Below, piece by piece: positions 10,158 to 20,032 of a stretch of DNA of 64,000 nt; position 1 is the stretch's first letter, and each line of letters opens with the position of its first letter. A model generated the notes under the pieces. It had not been told where the DNA came from. It did not search any database and saw only the letters and a list, made by a program, of their open reading frames with translations. The stretch comes from an uncultured Hyphomicrobiales bacterium (lineage in GTDB: Bacteria > Bacteroidota > Ignavibacteria > Kapaibacteriales > UBA2268). A program made the position numbers and the translations under genes. The stretch spans positions 243,826 to 307,825 of the forward strand of contig CAYYPE010000002.1 in assembly GCA_964473465.1 (NCBI GenBank), written 5' to 3'.

Positions 10158-12964
10158 TTAATGACTTAGATAAATTACCTGTGCTTTCACGAAAAATATC
10201 TCTTAATTTGATTGATATTTTAACAAATTCCAGAGATGCAAGTTTTTATAATTATACTCCGGAAGCAGTATTAAAACCTGAAACCGAGCAGGACATTATT
10301 AACTTATTTCTCTGGTGCAGAAAATTCAACAAACATATAACATTTCGTGCCGCAGGAACAAGTCTTTCGGGGCAAGCTCTGACTGATGGAGTTCTGGTTG
10401 ATTTGAACAGTGCTTGGAAAAGCTTTGATATCACCAAAAATAATATTTCAGTTACTGCTGATTGTGGAGTTATTGCCGGGAAAATTAATGAAAATCTGAA
10501 AAGAATCGGCAAAAAGATTGGACCCGATCCTGCTTCTATCAATTCCTGCACAATAGGGGGAATTATTGCTAACAATTCCAGCGGTATGTCAAGCGGAGTG
10601 GCAAGAAATCCTTATCACACAATTCAATCTCTCAGGATTATACTTCCGTCCGGTTTAATCTTTGATACCAGCAAGCACAATTCAGCGTATCTGAAAAAAT
10701 TCGAGCCGACAATGTTTGAAAGGCTTCTTGAAATTAAGAAAAATATACTTTCAAAAGATACTTTAAAAAATAAAATTGCTCATAAATACCAGATTAAGAA
10801 CACGATAGGCTATTCTCTTAATGCTTTTCTGGATTTCGATGAACCTCACGAAATTCTTGAACATCTTATGATTGGCTCCGAAGGGACGCTTGGTTTCATT
10901 TCCAGAGCAACTATGGGATTATTCGATGACTTCCCGATAAAATTGACGGGGCTTTTAATTTTTCCTACAGCAAGAGAAGCTCTTAATCAAGTCGAGATGA
11001 TTAAAGATACTGGCGTCGAAGCTCTTGAATTTTTAGATTATTATTCGCTGGTATCAGTTGAAGTTAAGTTAAGAGGAGTTTATCCAGAGCTATTACTTGC
11101 TGAGGATAATTCTGCTTTACTGTTTGAGTATGCATGTTCGGACGCTCAAGAATCAGAGGCAAAATTTGAATTGATAAATAAGTTAATAAAAGATTTTTCA
11201 CTTGTTTGCCAACCTTTAATTACCGGAGATTATTTGCTTCAATCTAAACTCTGGAGCATAAGAAAAGGCTTGTTGGCTTCTTTGGGAAAAACAAAAGAAT
11301 CTGAAACAACTTTCATACTCGAAGATATTTGCTTCCCGCTAAAAAGCCTGCCAGACGCAGTTCCTGATTTGCAAAATCTCTTTTCCAGATTTAAATATGA
11401 TAAAACAGGCGTTTATGGGCATGGGCTGGACGGAAACATGCATTTTATGTTAACCGAGAATTTCAATAATCCCGATTCAGTCCGCAGGCTTTCTGCATTT
11501 ATGGACGCATTGTTTGAACTGGTTGTAGTTAAATATGATGGTTCGCTCAAAGCTGAACACGGCACAGGCAGAAACATGGCTCCCTTTGTAAAAAAAGAAT
11601 GGGGCGAAGATGCTTATAGTATTATGAAACAAATTAAAAACCTTTTTGACCCCCATAATTTTTTAAATCCGGGTGTTATTATCAATGATGATGAGAAAAT
11701 TCATCTGAAAAATATAAAAGATTATCCAAAAATTGAAACTGATGCTGATGCCTGCATTGAGTGTGGCTTTTGCGAAAGTAATTGTCCAAGCAGAAATCTA
11801 ACACTAACCCCAAGGAAACGAATTGTTCTTCAAAGGCAGATCTCACAAAAATATAGAGGTATTATCCCAAATGAGCTAAAATACATTTATGATTATTATG
11901 AAAAAGATACCTGTGCTGTTGATGGCATATGTTCTGTTAATTGTCCTATTGATATAAATACTGGTGATCTGGTTAAAAAACTCAGACGGCTCGAAAAAAA
12001 GAATTATCAGTTAGCAGCCGCAAAGTTTTTTTCTGAACATTTTTCTTCTCTTGAGTTTTTTCTTCGTTCAGGAATAAAAAGTCTGAATTTTTTATCAAGG
12101 GTTTTTGGAATTGAAAACATAAATAAAACATTAAAGTTAATCAAGAAGAACATTCCTGCTTTTCCACTTCAGCAATGGCGTAATAATTTGAATGCACCAT
12201 CCCCCCGACTTTCAACAAAGCCAGCGAATCCCGAATTTGTGTATTTCCCTTCATGTGTCTCCAGATTAATGGGGAAATATAAAGAAGAAAATTTATCATT
12301 ATCCGAAGCTATGATATTATTAGCAGAAAAGTCAAATTTGCAATTATTTTTGCCAAGGGATTCATCTGACTATTGTTGTGGAACTATCTTTGAATCAAAG
12401 GGTTTCTCAGAAGCAGGAAATAACTCACTTAATAAATTAATCCAACAACTTTTTCTTTGGTCTGACAAAGGAAGATTGCCTATTATTATTGATTCTTCAT
12501 CATGCAGTCAAAACCTAAAATTTTGTGAAAATCGCCTTGAAAAAAGCTATTTGGAGCAATATAAATATTTAAAAATTATTGATACTATTGAATTCATTTA
12601 TGACTATGTTATTGATAGAATTAAAATAAATAAAGTAAATTGCGTTGTTTTGCATAATACTTGTTCATCAACAAGGATGGGCTTAAATCATAAATGTTAT
12701 GAAATTTTAAAAAAATGTTCCAATGATGTTTTTGTCCCTGATAACACTAATTGTTGCGGTTTTGCCGGAGATAGAGGATTCCTGTTTCCTGAACTGACAG
12801 AAAGTGCCACAAAGGACGAAACCCTTGAAGTTATTGAGTTTGCATCCGGCAAAGAAGTCTATGGTTTCTATTCATCAAATACACCTTGTGAGATTGGAAT
12901 GACCAATTCAACAGGATTTTTTTATGAATCGCTGGTTTTTCTCTTGCTTAAAGTAATTAAATAA
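10154..12964 (+). CDS. FAD-binding (PCMH-type) and 4Fe-4S/CCG-domain oxidoreductase, YdiJ / D-2-hydroxyacid dehydrogenase-like
   Basis: 936 aa. FAD_binding_4-like N-terminus (FRAAGTSLSGQALTDGVLVDL), ferredoxin-type CIECGFCESNCPS, two CCG cysteine-rich domains (DYCCGTIFESKGF, NCCGFAGDRGF). Start overlaps the GT4 stop (ATGA). Confidence 0.85.
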   Translation: MINDLDKLPVLSRKISLNLIDILTNSRDASFYNYTPEAVLKPETEQDIINLFLWCRKFNKHITFRAAGTSLSGQALTDGVLVDLNSAWKSFDITKNNISVTADCGVIAGKINENLKRIGKKIGPDPASINSCTIGGIIANNSSGMSSGVARNPYHTIQSLRIILPSGLIFDTSKHNSAYLKKFEPTMFERLLEIKKNILSKDTLKNKIAHKYQIKNTIGYSLNAFLDFDEPHEILEHLMIGSEGTLGFISRATMGLFDDFPIKLTGLLIFPTAREALNQVEMIKDTGVEALEFLDYYSLVSVEVKLRGVYPELLLAEDNSALLFEYACSDAQESEAKFELINKLIKDFSLVCQPLITGDYLLQSKLWSIRKGLLASLGKTKESETTFILEDICFPLKSLPDAVPDLQNLFSRFKYDKTGVYGHGLDGNMHFMLTENFNNPDSVRRLSAFMDALFELVVVKYDGSLKAEHGTGRNMAPFVKKEWGEDAYSIMKQIKNLFDPHNFLNPGVIINDDEKIHLKNIKDYPKIETDADACIECGFCESNCPSRNLTLTPRKRIVLQRQISQKYRGIIPNELKYIYDYYEKDTCAVDGICSVNCPIDINTGDLVKKLRRLEKKNYQLAAAKFFSEHFSSLEFFLRSGIKSLNFLSRVFGIENINKTLKLIKKNIPAFPLQQWRNNLNAPSPRLSTKPANPEFVYFPSCVSRLMGKYKEENLSLSEAMILLAEKSNLQLFLPRDSSDYCCGTIFESKGFSEAGNNSLNKLIQQLFLWSDKGRLPIIIDSSSCSQNLKFCENRLEKSYLEQYKYLKIIDTIEFIYDYVIDRIKINKVNCVVLHNTCSSTRMGLNHKCYEILKKCSNDVFVPDNTNCCGFAGDRGFLFPELTESATKDETLEVIEFASGKEVYGFYSSNTPCEIGMTNSTGFFYESLVFLLLKVIK

Positions 12965-13008
12965 TTATATTTTTTGAAAATGGTATAATTATTGATTTTT
13001 CTTTCTTA

Positions 13009-14148
13009 ATGGAAAGTGATAAAAATATTGACGAGAATTCAAAAAGAGTTCTAATAATCTCTGATGATTTGAATGTCAACGAGGTGATTAATAATCTCGG
13101 CGAGGAGATTTTGTTCTTTCCGGATTTCATTTCTTCCGAAAAAATAATAAAATCAGGCATTTCTGTTTCAGATCATGATATTTTGATTATTGACAGCAAC
13201 TTAAAATCAATAAACTATATTGATTTTTTAAAAATATATAAAAATAATTTAATTAATACTTATACTCCTGTTTTGATTATTACTTCAAACGAAAGCGACG
13301 AGTTTATTAAAAATATAATTAATTTAGGCGTTAATGATTATATTCTTAAACCCATTAATAAGTATACGTTTATCCTAAAACTAAAGAATTTAATTTTAAT
13401 TCGTAACTTAACCGACATGCTAATTGAGGCAAGAAATGAATTCTATCAAAAAAACAAAGAGAAAAATGAACTATTGGGACTAACTGCCCACGATTTAAAA
13501 AATCCAATTAATAGCATTTCTATGCTTTCAAAAGTCCTGAGGGATACTGAAGAACTTTCTAATGAGGAAATCAAAGAATATTCGGGCGATATAGCCTCAA
13601 CAGCTGAAAGAATGTTGTCACTTATCAAAGAATTGCTTGATTTTAATGCTATTGAAGAAGGAAGAATAAAGATTAAACCCGAACTGCTTGAACTGAATGA
13701 AATTCTTGCCGATGTTGCTGATTTCTATAAAAGCTTAGCAGAAAGGAAAGGAATAATTATCCTGACTGATTTCCCTGCAAATATTATCTATGTAAAAACA
13801 GACAGAAATGCTATTTCCCAAATTCTTGACAATCTCGTTTCTAATGCTGTTAAATACACATTCCCCGGGAAAAGGGTAAATATATCAATCAGCGAAGAAA
13901 ATAACATGGCAATTATTAAAATTAAAGATGAGGGTCAGGGATTTACTGAAGAAGACAAGAAAAAAATATTTCAGAAATTTTCAAAACTTAGTGCCAAACC
14001 TACTGCTGGAGAGCATTCCACCGGTCTTGGATTATCAATTGTAAAAAAATATGCAGATATGATTGGAGCCGAAATAAAATTAGAAAGTGAAGCCGGTATT
14101 GGCTCCACTTTCTTGATTATTTTACCTGCTATGAAACCTGAAAATTAG
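13009..14148 (+). CDS. hybrid two-component protein: N-terminal receiver domain fused to HisKA/HATPase histidine kinase, no TM or sensor domain
   Basis: REC-like N-terminus with DILIIDSNL acceptor region; H-box LTAHDLKNPINSI; G-boxes GQGFTEEDKKKIFQKF and STGLGLSIVKKYADMIGAEI. Confidence 0.8.
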   Translation: MESDKNIDENSKRVLIISDDLNVNEVINNLGEEILFFPDFISSEKIIKSGISVSDHDILIIDSNLKSINYIDFLKIYKNNLINTYTPVLIITSNESDEFIKNIINLGVNDYILKPINKYTFILKLKNLILIRNLTDMLIEARNEFYQKNKEKNELLGLTAHDLKNPINSISMLSKVLRDTEELSNEEIKEYSGDIASTAERMLSLIKELLDFNAIEEGRIKIKPELLELNEILADVADFYKSLAERKGIIILTDFPANIIYVKTDRNAISQILDNLVSNAVKYTFPGKRVNISISEENNMAIIKIKDEGQGFTEEDKKKIFQKFSKLSAKPTAGEHSTGLGLSIVKKYADMIGAEIKLESEAGIGSTFLIILPAMKPEN

Positions 14149-15785
14149 CTTGTTGCTTTTTCAAGTCTTTTCATTATAGAGAAAATAAACAACGCAGAAA
14201 TTAAACAACATACAACAAATATTGCCCATACCTGCCACAAAGCTATAACTGCCCACAAAGAGCTACCAACGAACAACAATTTGTTGCCTATTGCTGTTGC
14301 ACCAAGCCAGCCTCCCTGCATTAATCCCTGAAACCTTGGAGGTGCTACTTTAGATACAAAAGAAAGACCCATTGGACTTAGAAACAGTTCGGCTATTGTT
14401 AATATTAAATAACTACTAATTAACCAGTATTCGGATACTCTTTCTGGTGATGGTTGCTCTCCAAGTTCATTCGGAGATGGTAAGCCCAAAGAACCGATAA
14501 GCAAAACCACAAAACCAAACGCAGCCAAAATCATTCCATAGCCTATTTTTTTTGGCGTTGATGGTTCCTTTCCTTTACTGTTTAGATAACCAAAAAACCA
14601 AACAACTACCGGCGTTAAAAAAACAATGAAAATTGGATTGAATTGCTGGAAAATTTCTGGCTCGATTACATTTGAAGCTGAAAATTGAGAATAAAAATAG
14701 TATGACAAAGAGCCACCTCCAATTAACAATATTGCTCCTAAAATTTTAGTTATGTTTTTATTGTTTTTACCGAATAGAAAAATAACTCCAAGTATTGCAG
14801 CTATAACTGACAAAAATGACTTTATGTCAAAAAACAGGTAGCTGAAAGCACTTACAGATTTGACTGTATAATCCCGTGCGAAAAAAGTCATAGTCAGACC
14901 ATTTTGATGGAAAGACATCCAAAAAAATATCACGACAATAAATACAAGAATTAGGGCTACTATCCTTGATTTTTCTTCTTCTTTACTCATTTGAACAATA
15001 TTGGTTTTGCCTTCTTGAGCTTTTTTCCTGTCGGGCAAATATCCTTTCATGATTATAAAAATTACAGTTGAAATAATCATAGATACTGCTGCTATTCCAA
15101 AAGCATAGTTGTAACCTGTAACAAAAACATCAAGGTAAGATCGAGCAAATTCTTGAAGGTTTACAACATTCGTTCCGGTTACTTTATTTGCAAGAGCTGA
15201 AAATGTGGTTATGTCAGTTAGGGAATTATTAAGAAATGAATGGCAAAGAGCTGGAAGATTAGCATCATATCCGAAATTGTTTACTGATAAATACCAGTTG
15301 CGTATTCCACTTGCTGCACTTGGTGCAAAAAATGCTCCAATATTAATTCCCATATAGAAAATACTATAAGCTGAATCTCGTAGCTTGGAATATTGCTGGT
15401 CGTCATACATTTGTCCGACAAGAGCTTGCAGATTGCCCTTAAATAAGCCATTACCAAGTGCTATTACAAAAAGACTACTAACTGTTATAAGCTCTGTCAT
15501 ACCCGGAACTGCTAAAAGAACGTATCCTATGAACATCACAATCAGTCCTACTAAAATAGTTCCTTTATAATTTTGTAATCTATCTGCAATCAATCCTCCA
15601 ACTAAGGCTAAAGCATATATTGCAAAATAAAACCAACTATAAATATCGCCAGCCTCGCCGGCTGTTTTTCCGAACTTAGCCTGCAGAAAGAGTACAAGTA
15701 TTGCCATCATTGTATAGAAACCGAAACGTTCCCCCATATTGGCAAAAAAAGCGACATATAAACCCTTTGGATGTCCTTTAAACAT
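14145..15785 (-). CDS. POT/PTR2-family proton-dependent di/tripeptide transporter
   Basis: N-terminal GHPKGLYVAFFANMGERFGFYTMMAILVLFL is the PTR2 signature region; about 14 TM helices, 546 aa. Confidence 0.9.
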   Translation of the reverse strand: MFKGHPKGLYVAFFANMGERFGFYTMMAILVLFLQAKFGKTAGEAGDIYSWFYFAIYALALVGGLIADRLQNYKGTILVGLIVMFIGYVLLAVPGMTELITVSSLFVIALGNGLFKGNLQALVGQMYDDQQYSKLRDSAYSIFYMGINIGAFFAPSAASGIRNWYLSVNNFGYDANLPALCHSFLNNSLTDITTFSALANKVTGTNVVNLQEFARSYLDVFVTGYNYAFGIAAVSMIISTVIFIIMKGYLPDRKKAQEGKTNIVQMSKEEEKSRIVALILVFIVVIFFWMSFHQNGLTMTFFARDYTVKSVSAFSYLFFDIKSFLSVIAAILGVIFLFGKNNKNITKILGAILLIGGGSLSYYFYSQFSASNVIEPEIFQQFNPIFIVFLTPVVVWFFGYLNSKGKEPSTPKKIGYGMILAAFGFVVLLIGSLGLPSPNELGEQPSPERVSEYWLISSYLILTIAELFLSPMGLSFVSKVAPPRFQGLMQGGWLGATAIGNKLLFVGSSLWAVIALWQVWAIFVVCCLISALFIFSIMKRLEKATS

Positions 15786-15896
15786 TAATTAGCCCTTATT
15801 TGTTGATAAATATACTATTTAAAAAAAACAATAATACTAAAATATACTTTTATGACAAAAGTATTTTTTTTGATATGTGGTTTCTATGTAATTATT

Positions 15897-16547
15897 CTAT
15901 ATGTACTTGTTCAGAACTGTCTGAATTTGCTTATAAATTGAGTCTATTTCTCCAACCCCGTCAATTTTGTCAACTAAATTTTTCTTTGAGTAATAATCAA
16001 TCAATGGTTTGGTTTGAGCTTCATAGACTTTCAACCTGTTTAATATTGGTTCTTCTTTGTCATCATCTCTCTGATAAAGCTCGCCGCCATCATCATCACA
16101 AATTCCTTCTACCTTTGGTGGATTATATATCAGATGATAAGATTTTCCACAAACTCTACAAACTCTTCGGGCTGTCAATCGTTTGAGCAATTCATCATTT
16201 GGCACTTCAAGAACCAGAACTGTGTCAAGTTTTTGTCCAAGATCAGCAAGAAGTTTCTCGAGAGCTTCAGCCTGAGGAACTGTTCTCGGGAACCCATCCA
16301 GAATATACCCATTAGCAAGTTTTGGATTTTTTAGTTCAACCCTTATCATTTCAATGATGAGTTCATCAGGGACAAGTGCCCCTGAATCCATATAAGACTG
16401 GGCTTTTTTGCCTAAATCGGTTCCCATCTTTCGATTAGCTCTCAAAATATCGCCGGTTGATAATTGAACGATATTATAATCTTTGCAAATTCTCTCGGAT
16501 TGTGTTCCTTTTCCTGCTCCCGGAGGTCCCAAAAAAATAATTCTCAT
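15897..16547 (-). CDS. adk: adenylate kinase
   Basis: P-loop GPPGAGKGTQ; LID zinc knuckle CRVCGKSY...CDDDGGEL; 216 aa. Confidence 0.95.
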   Translation of the reverse strand: MRIIFLGPPGAGKGTQSERICKDYNIVQLSTGDILRANRKMGTDLGKKAQSYMDSGALVPDELIIEMIRVELKNPKLANGYILDGFPRTVPQAEALEKLLADLGQKLDTVLVLEVPNDELLKRLTARRVCRVCGKSYHLIYNPPKVEGICDDDGGELYQRDDDKEEPILNRLKVYEAQTKPLIDYYSKKNLVDKIDGVGEIDSIYKQIQTVLNKYI

Positions 16548-16594
16548 AATTTCCTCATTATAAATTTAAAATATTAGATAAACATAATGTATAA

Positions 16595-17983
16595 TTACAA
16601 ATTAATTCTTAGCATAAGATAAGCCCAAAAAGCAAAATCTCCTCTTGTCTTTTCATTCGGCTTTCCAGAGTTGACTGTCCAGATTTCTTTCATTAATTTA
16701 CCGGGAAGGAAGAAACCCCCACCTCCCTCGATTATATTATTTTTATAAATGTTATATCTTAAAACATAATCTATTTCTGTCCCATAATCTGTTAGTTCAG
16801 TTGCACTTTTTTTGTCCGAAGTAAAATAATGAATATCTAATTGTGCATACCATGGACTTTCTTTCGGTTTATATGAACTTCTTAAAAAATAATCGTGAAG
16901 TCCAAGATTTCTTGTTGATGTTTCAATAGTGCTGAAATAATCCATGTAACCGTAAAGCATGTGTTTTGTTGAATAAGTATTATCGAAAACGCCGATTTTA
17001 TTATTATTTTTTGTTGTATCTCCACCTTCTGTTCCTGAGACAATTTCGCCGTTCAACGAAAGCGATAGCTCATCTATGTCATATTGAATTTTTACAGCAA
17101 CGGTATAAGCCGAAATATCATAATCTGTATAATTAACAATAGTTTCACCTTTGTTTTTCTTGCCTTTGGTCAAAGTTCCTCCCTGATAAGCCCCCTCAAT
17201 TAATGCGCTGAAATTATCAAGTTTAAAGTTAATGACACCCCCGCTTGTCAACCTGTGCAAATTTACATTTCTCGATGAAGCAAACAATGTGTCCATTTTA
17301 TTTCTTTCCAGTTCATCTTTTCGCCTGTCCGCTTCATAATATGAAAACAAATCAAAGCTGTAATTTGTTCCAGGTTTTATGTTTGTCCATAGTCCATATA
17401 TACTGAAGCTGGTATCAGCGTTAGGGGGGTAAGGATAGGTAGTTTGATTGTAATTCGCAGTGAAATCCTTGAAATAAGTATGAGTGAAATTAAAAACATC
17501 AATCCAGAATGATTTGTCATTGTATTTAAACAGTAAACCATCGAATGTTCTTGAAGCATAATGCCACTGATTTGTGCCAAAGAACCTGTTTGAGCCATAA
17601 CTATGTTCATATCTTCCGGCTTTTGCTGAAAGCGGAATGCCAAATATGCTGTCAATCTCAGCATACCCCTGATGAAGATCAATATTAAAAATATTGGCTG
17701 TGGTGCTTTTTTCCTGTCCCCAAACTCTTGAATCCTGCAATTCAACGAAAAATTTAATTTGATTCAGGACCTTTTTTTCAACACTTACTCTTGTTCGCAT
17801 ACTTGTAAGTGAGTAGGGATAAGTTTCATTAAGAAAATCTCTTCCATCAAGTTCGCTTCTTATCTGGATTTGACCGCCGATAATCCAATCGTTATTACCC
17901 TGTGATAACAAGCAAATTGGTAAGAATGTTAGAACTAATATAATGAAGCTAAGATTCAGTAAAAATTTGGAATAGAAATTCAT
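16595..17983 (-). CDS. outer-membrane beta-barrel protein, alginate-export/porin-like (tentative family)
   Basis: Signal peptide; alternating amphipathic beta-strand pattern over 462 aa; C-terminal aromatic-rich strand; family assignment from general resemblance only. Confidence 0.5.
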   Translation of the reverse strand: MNFYSKFLLNLSFIILVLTFLPICLLSQGNNDWIIGGQIQIRSELDGRDFLNETYPYSLTSMRTRVSVEKKVLNQIKFFVELQDSRVWGQEKSTTANIFNIDLHQGYAEIDSIFGIPLSAKAGRYEHSYGSNRFFGTNQWHYASRTFDGLLFKYNDKSFWIDVFNFTHTYFKDFTANYNQTTYPYPPNADTSFSIYGLWTNIKPGTNYSFDLFSYYEADRRKDELERNKMDTLFASSRNVNLHRLTSGGVINFKLDNFSALIEGAYQGGTLTKGKKNKGETIVNYTDYDISAYTVAVKIQYDIDELSLSLNGEIVSGTEGGDTTKNNNKIGVFDNTYSTKHMLYGYMDYFSTIETSTRNLGLHDYFLRSSYKPKESPWYAQLDIHYFTSDKKSATELTDYGTEIDYVLRYNIYKNNIIEGGGGFFLPGKLMKEIWTVNSGKPNEKTRGDFAFWAYLMLRINL

Positions 17984-18183
17984 ATTTTCTGCTTATTTAT
18001 TAAAAAAAAAAGTAATATAACCAATATGTTTCAATCTCAAAATAATAAGTTAAAATTATTTAATCAAAATGTGTTTAACTTAATTATGAATAATAAGTCA
18101 AAATTAAGTGATAAAGAAATAAAATTTGTTCGAATTTAGTTAAATTTGTTTTTTTTACTTAAAAATTTTGAGGAAAAATAATA

Positions 18184-19380
18184 GTGAATCCAATTATACC
18201 TGCTCGTAAAACAGAAAATGTAACTTACGCAATTCGTGATATTATCCTGTTAGCCAATGAAGTTGCCAAAACCGGCAAGGAAATGCTATATTTGAATATC
18301 GGCGACCCAAACGTCTATGATCATACAACTCCTAAGCATGTCATTGAGGCTATATATTCAGCAATGAATAAAAATTATAATGGCTATGCACCCTCTTCAG
18401 GAGTTAAATCTGCTATTGAAGCTATCGAAAGGGATGCTAACAGAAAAGGCATTGATAATATTCTTGATATTTTTGTTACCACAGGGGCAAGCGAAGCTAT
18501 TGAACTTTGTCTGACTGCCTTGCTTAATCCCGGTGATAATGTTTTAATTCCCACACCCGGTTATCCGCTTTATACAGCAATCCAAAGTAAGCTCGAATTA
18601 ATCGGCAATCCCTACTATCTTGATGAAAAAAATGGCTGGCAGCCCGACATAGAAGACATTAGAGCAAAAATTAATCATAAAACAAAAGCAATTGTTTTGA
18701 TCAATCCAAACAATCCAACCGGTGCCATTTACAAGAAGGAAACTCTCGAGGAAATAATCAAACTCGCTCTTGAATTTAACTTAGTAATATTTGCAGACGA
18801 GATTTATGACAAGCTACTCTTCGATGGGAATAAACATATTTCTATTGCCGCTCTGAACAAAGACGTCTCAGTCATTACTTTTTCCGGTTTATCCAAAAAT
18901 TATGTTGCTCCCGGCTTCAGAATCGGATGGGGTATTGTTTCTGGACAACAAAAAGTTCTCAGTTCTTATATAGAAGCAATTAATAAACTACTTAGAGCAA
19001 GAATTTGTGCTAATCATCCCATTCAATATGCTGTTGCTCCTGCGCTTGACGGAGACCAGACTCATTTGATTGAATTAAACAAAAAGTTAGAAAGACGCTG
19101 TGATATCACTATGAACAAATTAGCCACCATTCCCGGCATATCTCTGGTAAAACCCGAAGGGGCTTTCTACGCTTTTCCTTCTGTTGATGTAGATGACGAC
19201 TCACAATTTGCAGCTGGGTTAATTAAAGAGACAGGCGTGGTTATTGTTCCCGGGACGGGCTTTGGTCAAAAACCCGGAACAAGCCATTTCAGAATAGTCA
19301 TTCTTCCTGATGAAAATACTCTTGAGAAAGCATTTAATCTCATAGCTGATTTTATGAACCGCTATGGAATAGGAAAATAA
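18184..19380 (+). CDS. PLP-dependent aminotransferase, class I/II (alanine/aspartate aminotransferase-like)
   Basis: GTG start; fold-type I aminotransferase blocks (LNIGDPN, NPNNPTGAIY, the FSGLSKNYVAPGFRIGW lysine region); 398 aa. Confidence 0.9.
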   Translation: MNPIIPARKTENVTYAIRDIILLANEVAKTGKEMLYLNIGDPNVYDHTTPKHVIEAIYSAMNKNYNGYAPSSGVKSAIEAIERDANRKGIDNILDIFVTTGASEAIELCLTALLNPGDNVLIPTPGYPLYTAIQSKLELIGNPYYLDEKNGWQPDIEDIRAKINHKTKAIVLINPNNPTGAIYKKETLEEIIKLALEFNLVIFADEIYDKLLFDGNKHISIAALNKDVSVITFSGLSKNYVAPGFRIGWGIVSGQQKVLSSYIEAINKLLRARICANHPIQYAVAPALDGDQTHLIELNKKLERRCDITMNKLATIPGISLVKPEGAFYAFPSVDVDDDSQFAAGLIKETGVVIVPGTGFGQKPGTSHFRIVILPDENTLEKAFNLIADFMNRYGIGK

Positions 19381-19398
19381 ATAAACAAAGGTTTTTTT

Positions 19399-19827
19399 AT
19401 GGGAAAACATATTGTAAGAATAGATGTTGAATATCTTGGCGACCTTCACTGTCGCATAACACACGGACCTTCAGGCCAGCAATTTCTAACTGATGCTCCT
19501 GTGGACAATCAGGGGAAAGGTGAATATATATCCCCAACCGATTTACTTGGCACTGCAAGTTGTTCATGCATTGTTACGATTATGGGTATTGTGGCAAGGA
19601 ATAATAATTTTGACATCACAGGTCTCAAAGCATACGTCGAAAAAGAAATGGTTAACGAACCTTTCAGGAGAATAGGAAGGCTAACAATGTATTTCCATTT
19701 CCCAAGACAGCTTAACGAAAAAGAATTTGCCTTGATGAATAATGTTGTAAAGACATGTCCCGTTACAAGGAGTATTAGTGCAGAGGTCGAAATTATTACC
19801 CATTTCTCATTCGAACAAGGCAAATAA
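19399..19827 (+). CDS. OsmC/Ohr-family peroxiredoxin-like protein
   Basis: 142 aa; OsmC-like cysteine-containing core LLGTASCSCIVTIM and C-terminal CPVTRSI. Confidence 0.8.
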   Translation: MGKHIVRIDVEYLGDLHCRITHGPSGQQFLTDAPVDNQGKGEYISPTDLLGTASCSCIVTIMGIVARNNNFDITGLKAYVEKEMVNEPFRRIGRLTMYFHFPRQLNEKEFALMNNVVKTCPVTRSISAEVEIITHFSFEQGK

Positions 19828-19897
19828 TTTTCAACAAGTTATCCACATTACTTGTATTGTATTTTTAATTTACAATAAAATAATTATATTGCACATA

Positions 19898-19915
19898 ACT
19901 ACAATGGATTGTAGT
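19898..19915. promoter_or_regulatory. perfect 18-bp palindrome ACTACAATGGATTGTAGT in the promoter region of the 20033 gene (candidate operator)
   Basis: Seen directly: 8-bp arms ACTACAAT / ATTGTAGT around GG; an additional TACAAT half-site about 29 bp upstream. Confidence 0.4.
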
Positions 19916-20032
19916 AAGTAATAGCTATCTCTTTTAGTTATGAGTTAATCAAGGAGGATTTGGCAATTTAATTAAATGCGTCAGATTCTCCTTCTTTTTT
20001 TGGCTTTTATATTTTGTTATAGATAAGCAGGG

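Noticed and set aside
15830-15880. Hairpin ATACTTTT-ATGAC-AAAAGTAT followed by T8 between adk and the POT gene as a plus-strand terminator
   Set aside because: No plus-strand gene ends here: adk and POT are both on the minus strand, with adk ending at 15897 and the POT start at 15785. It may act as the adk terminator on the minus strand; too uncertain to list.
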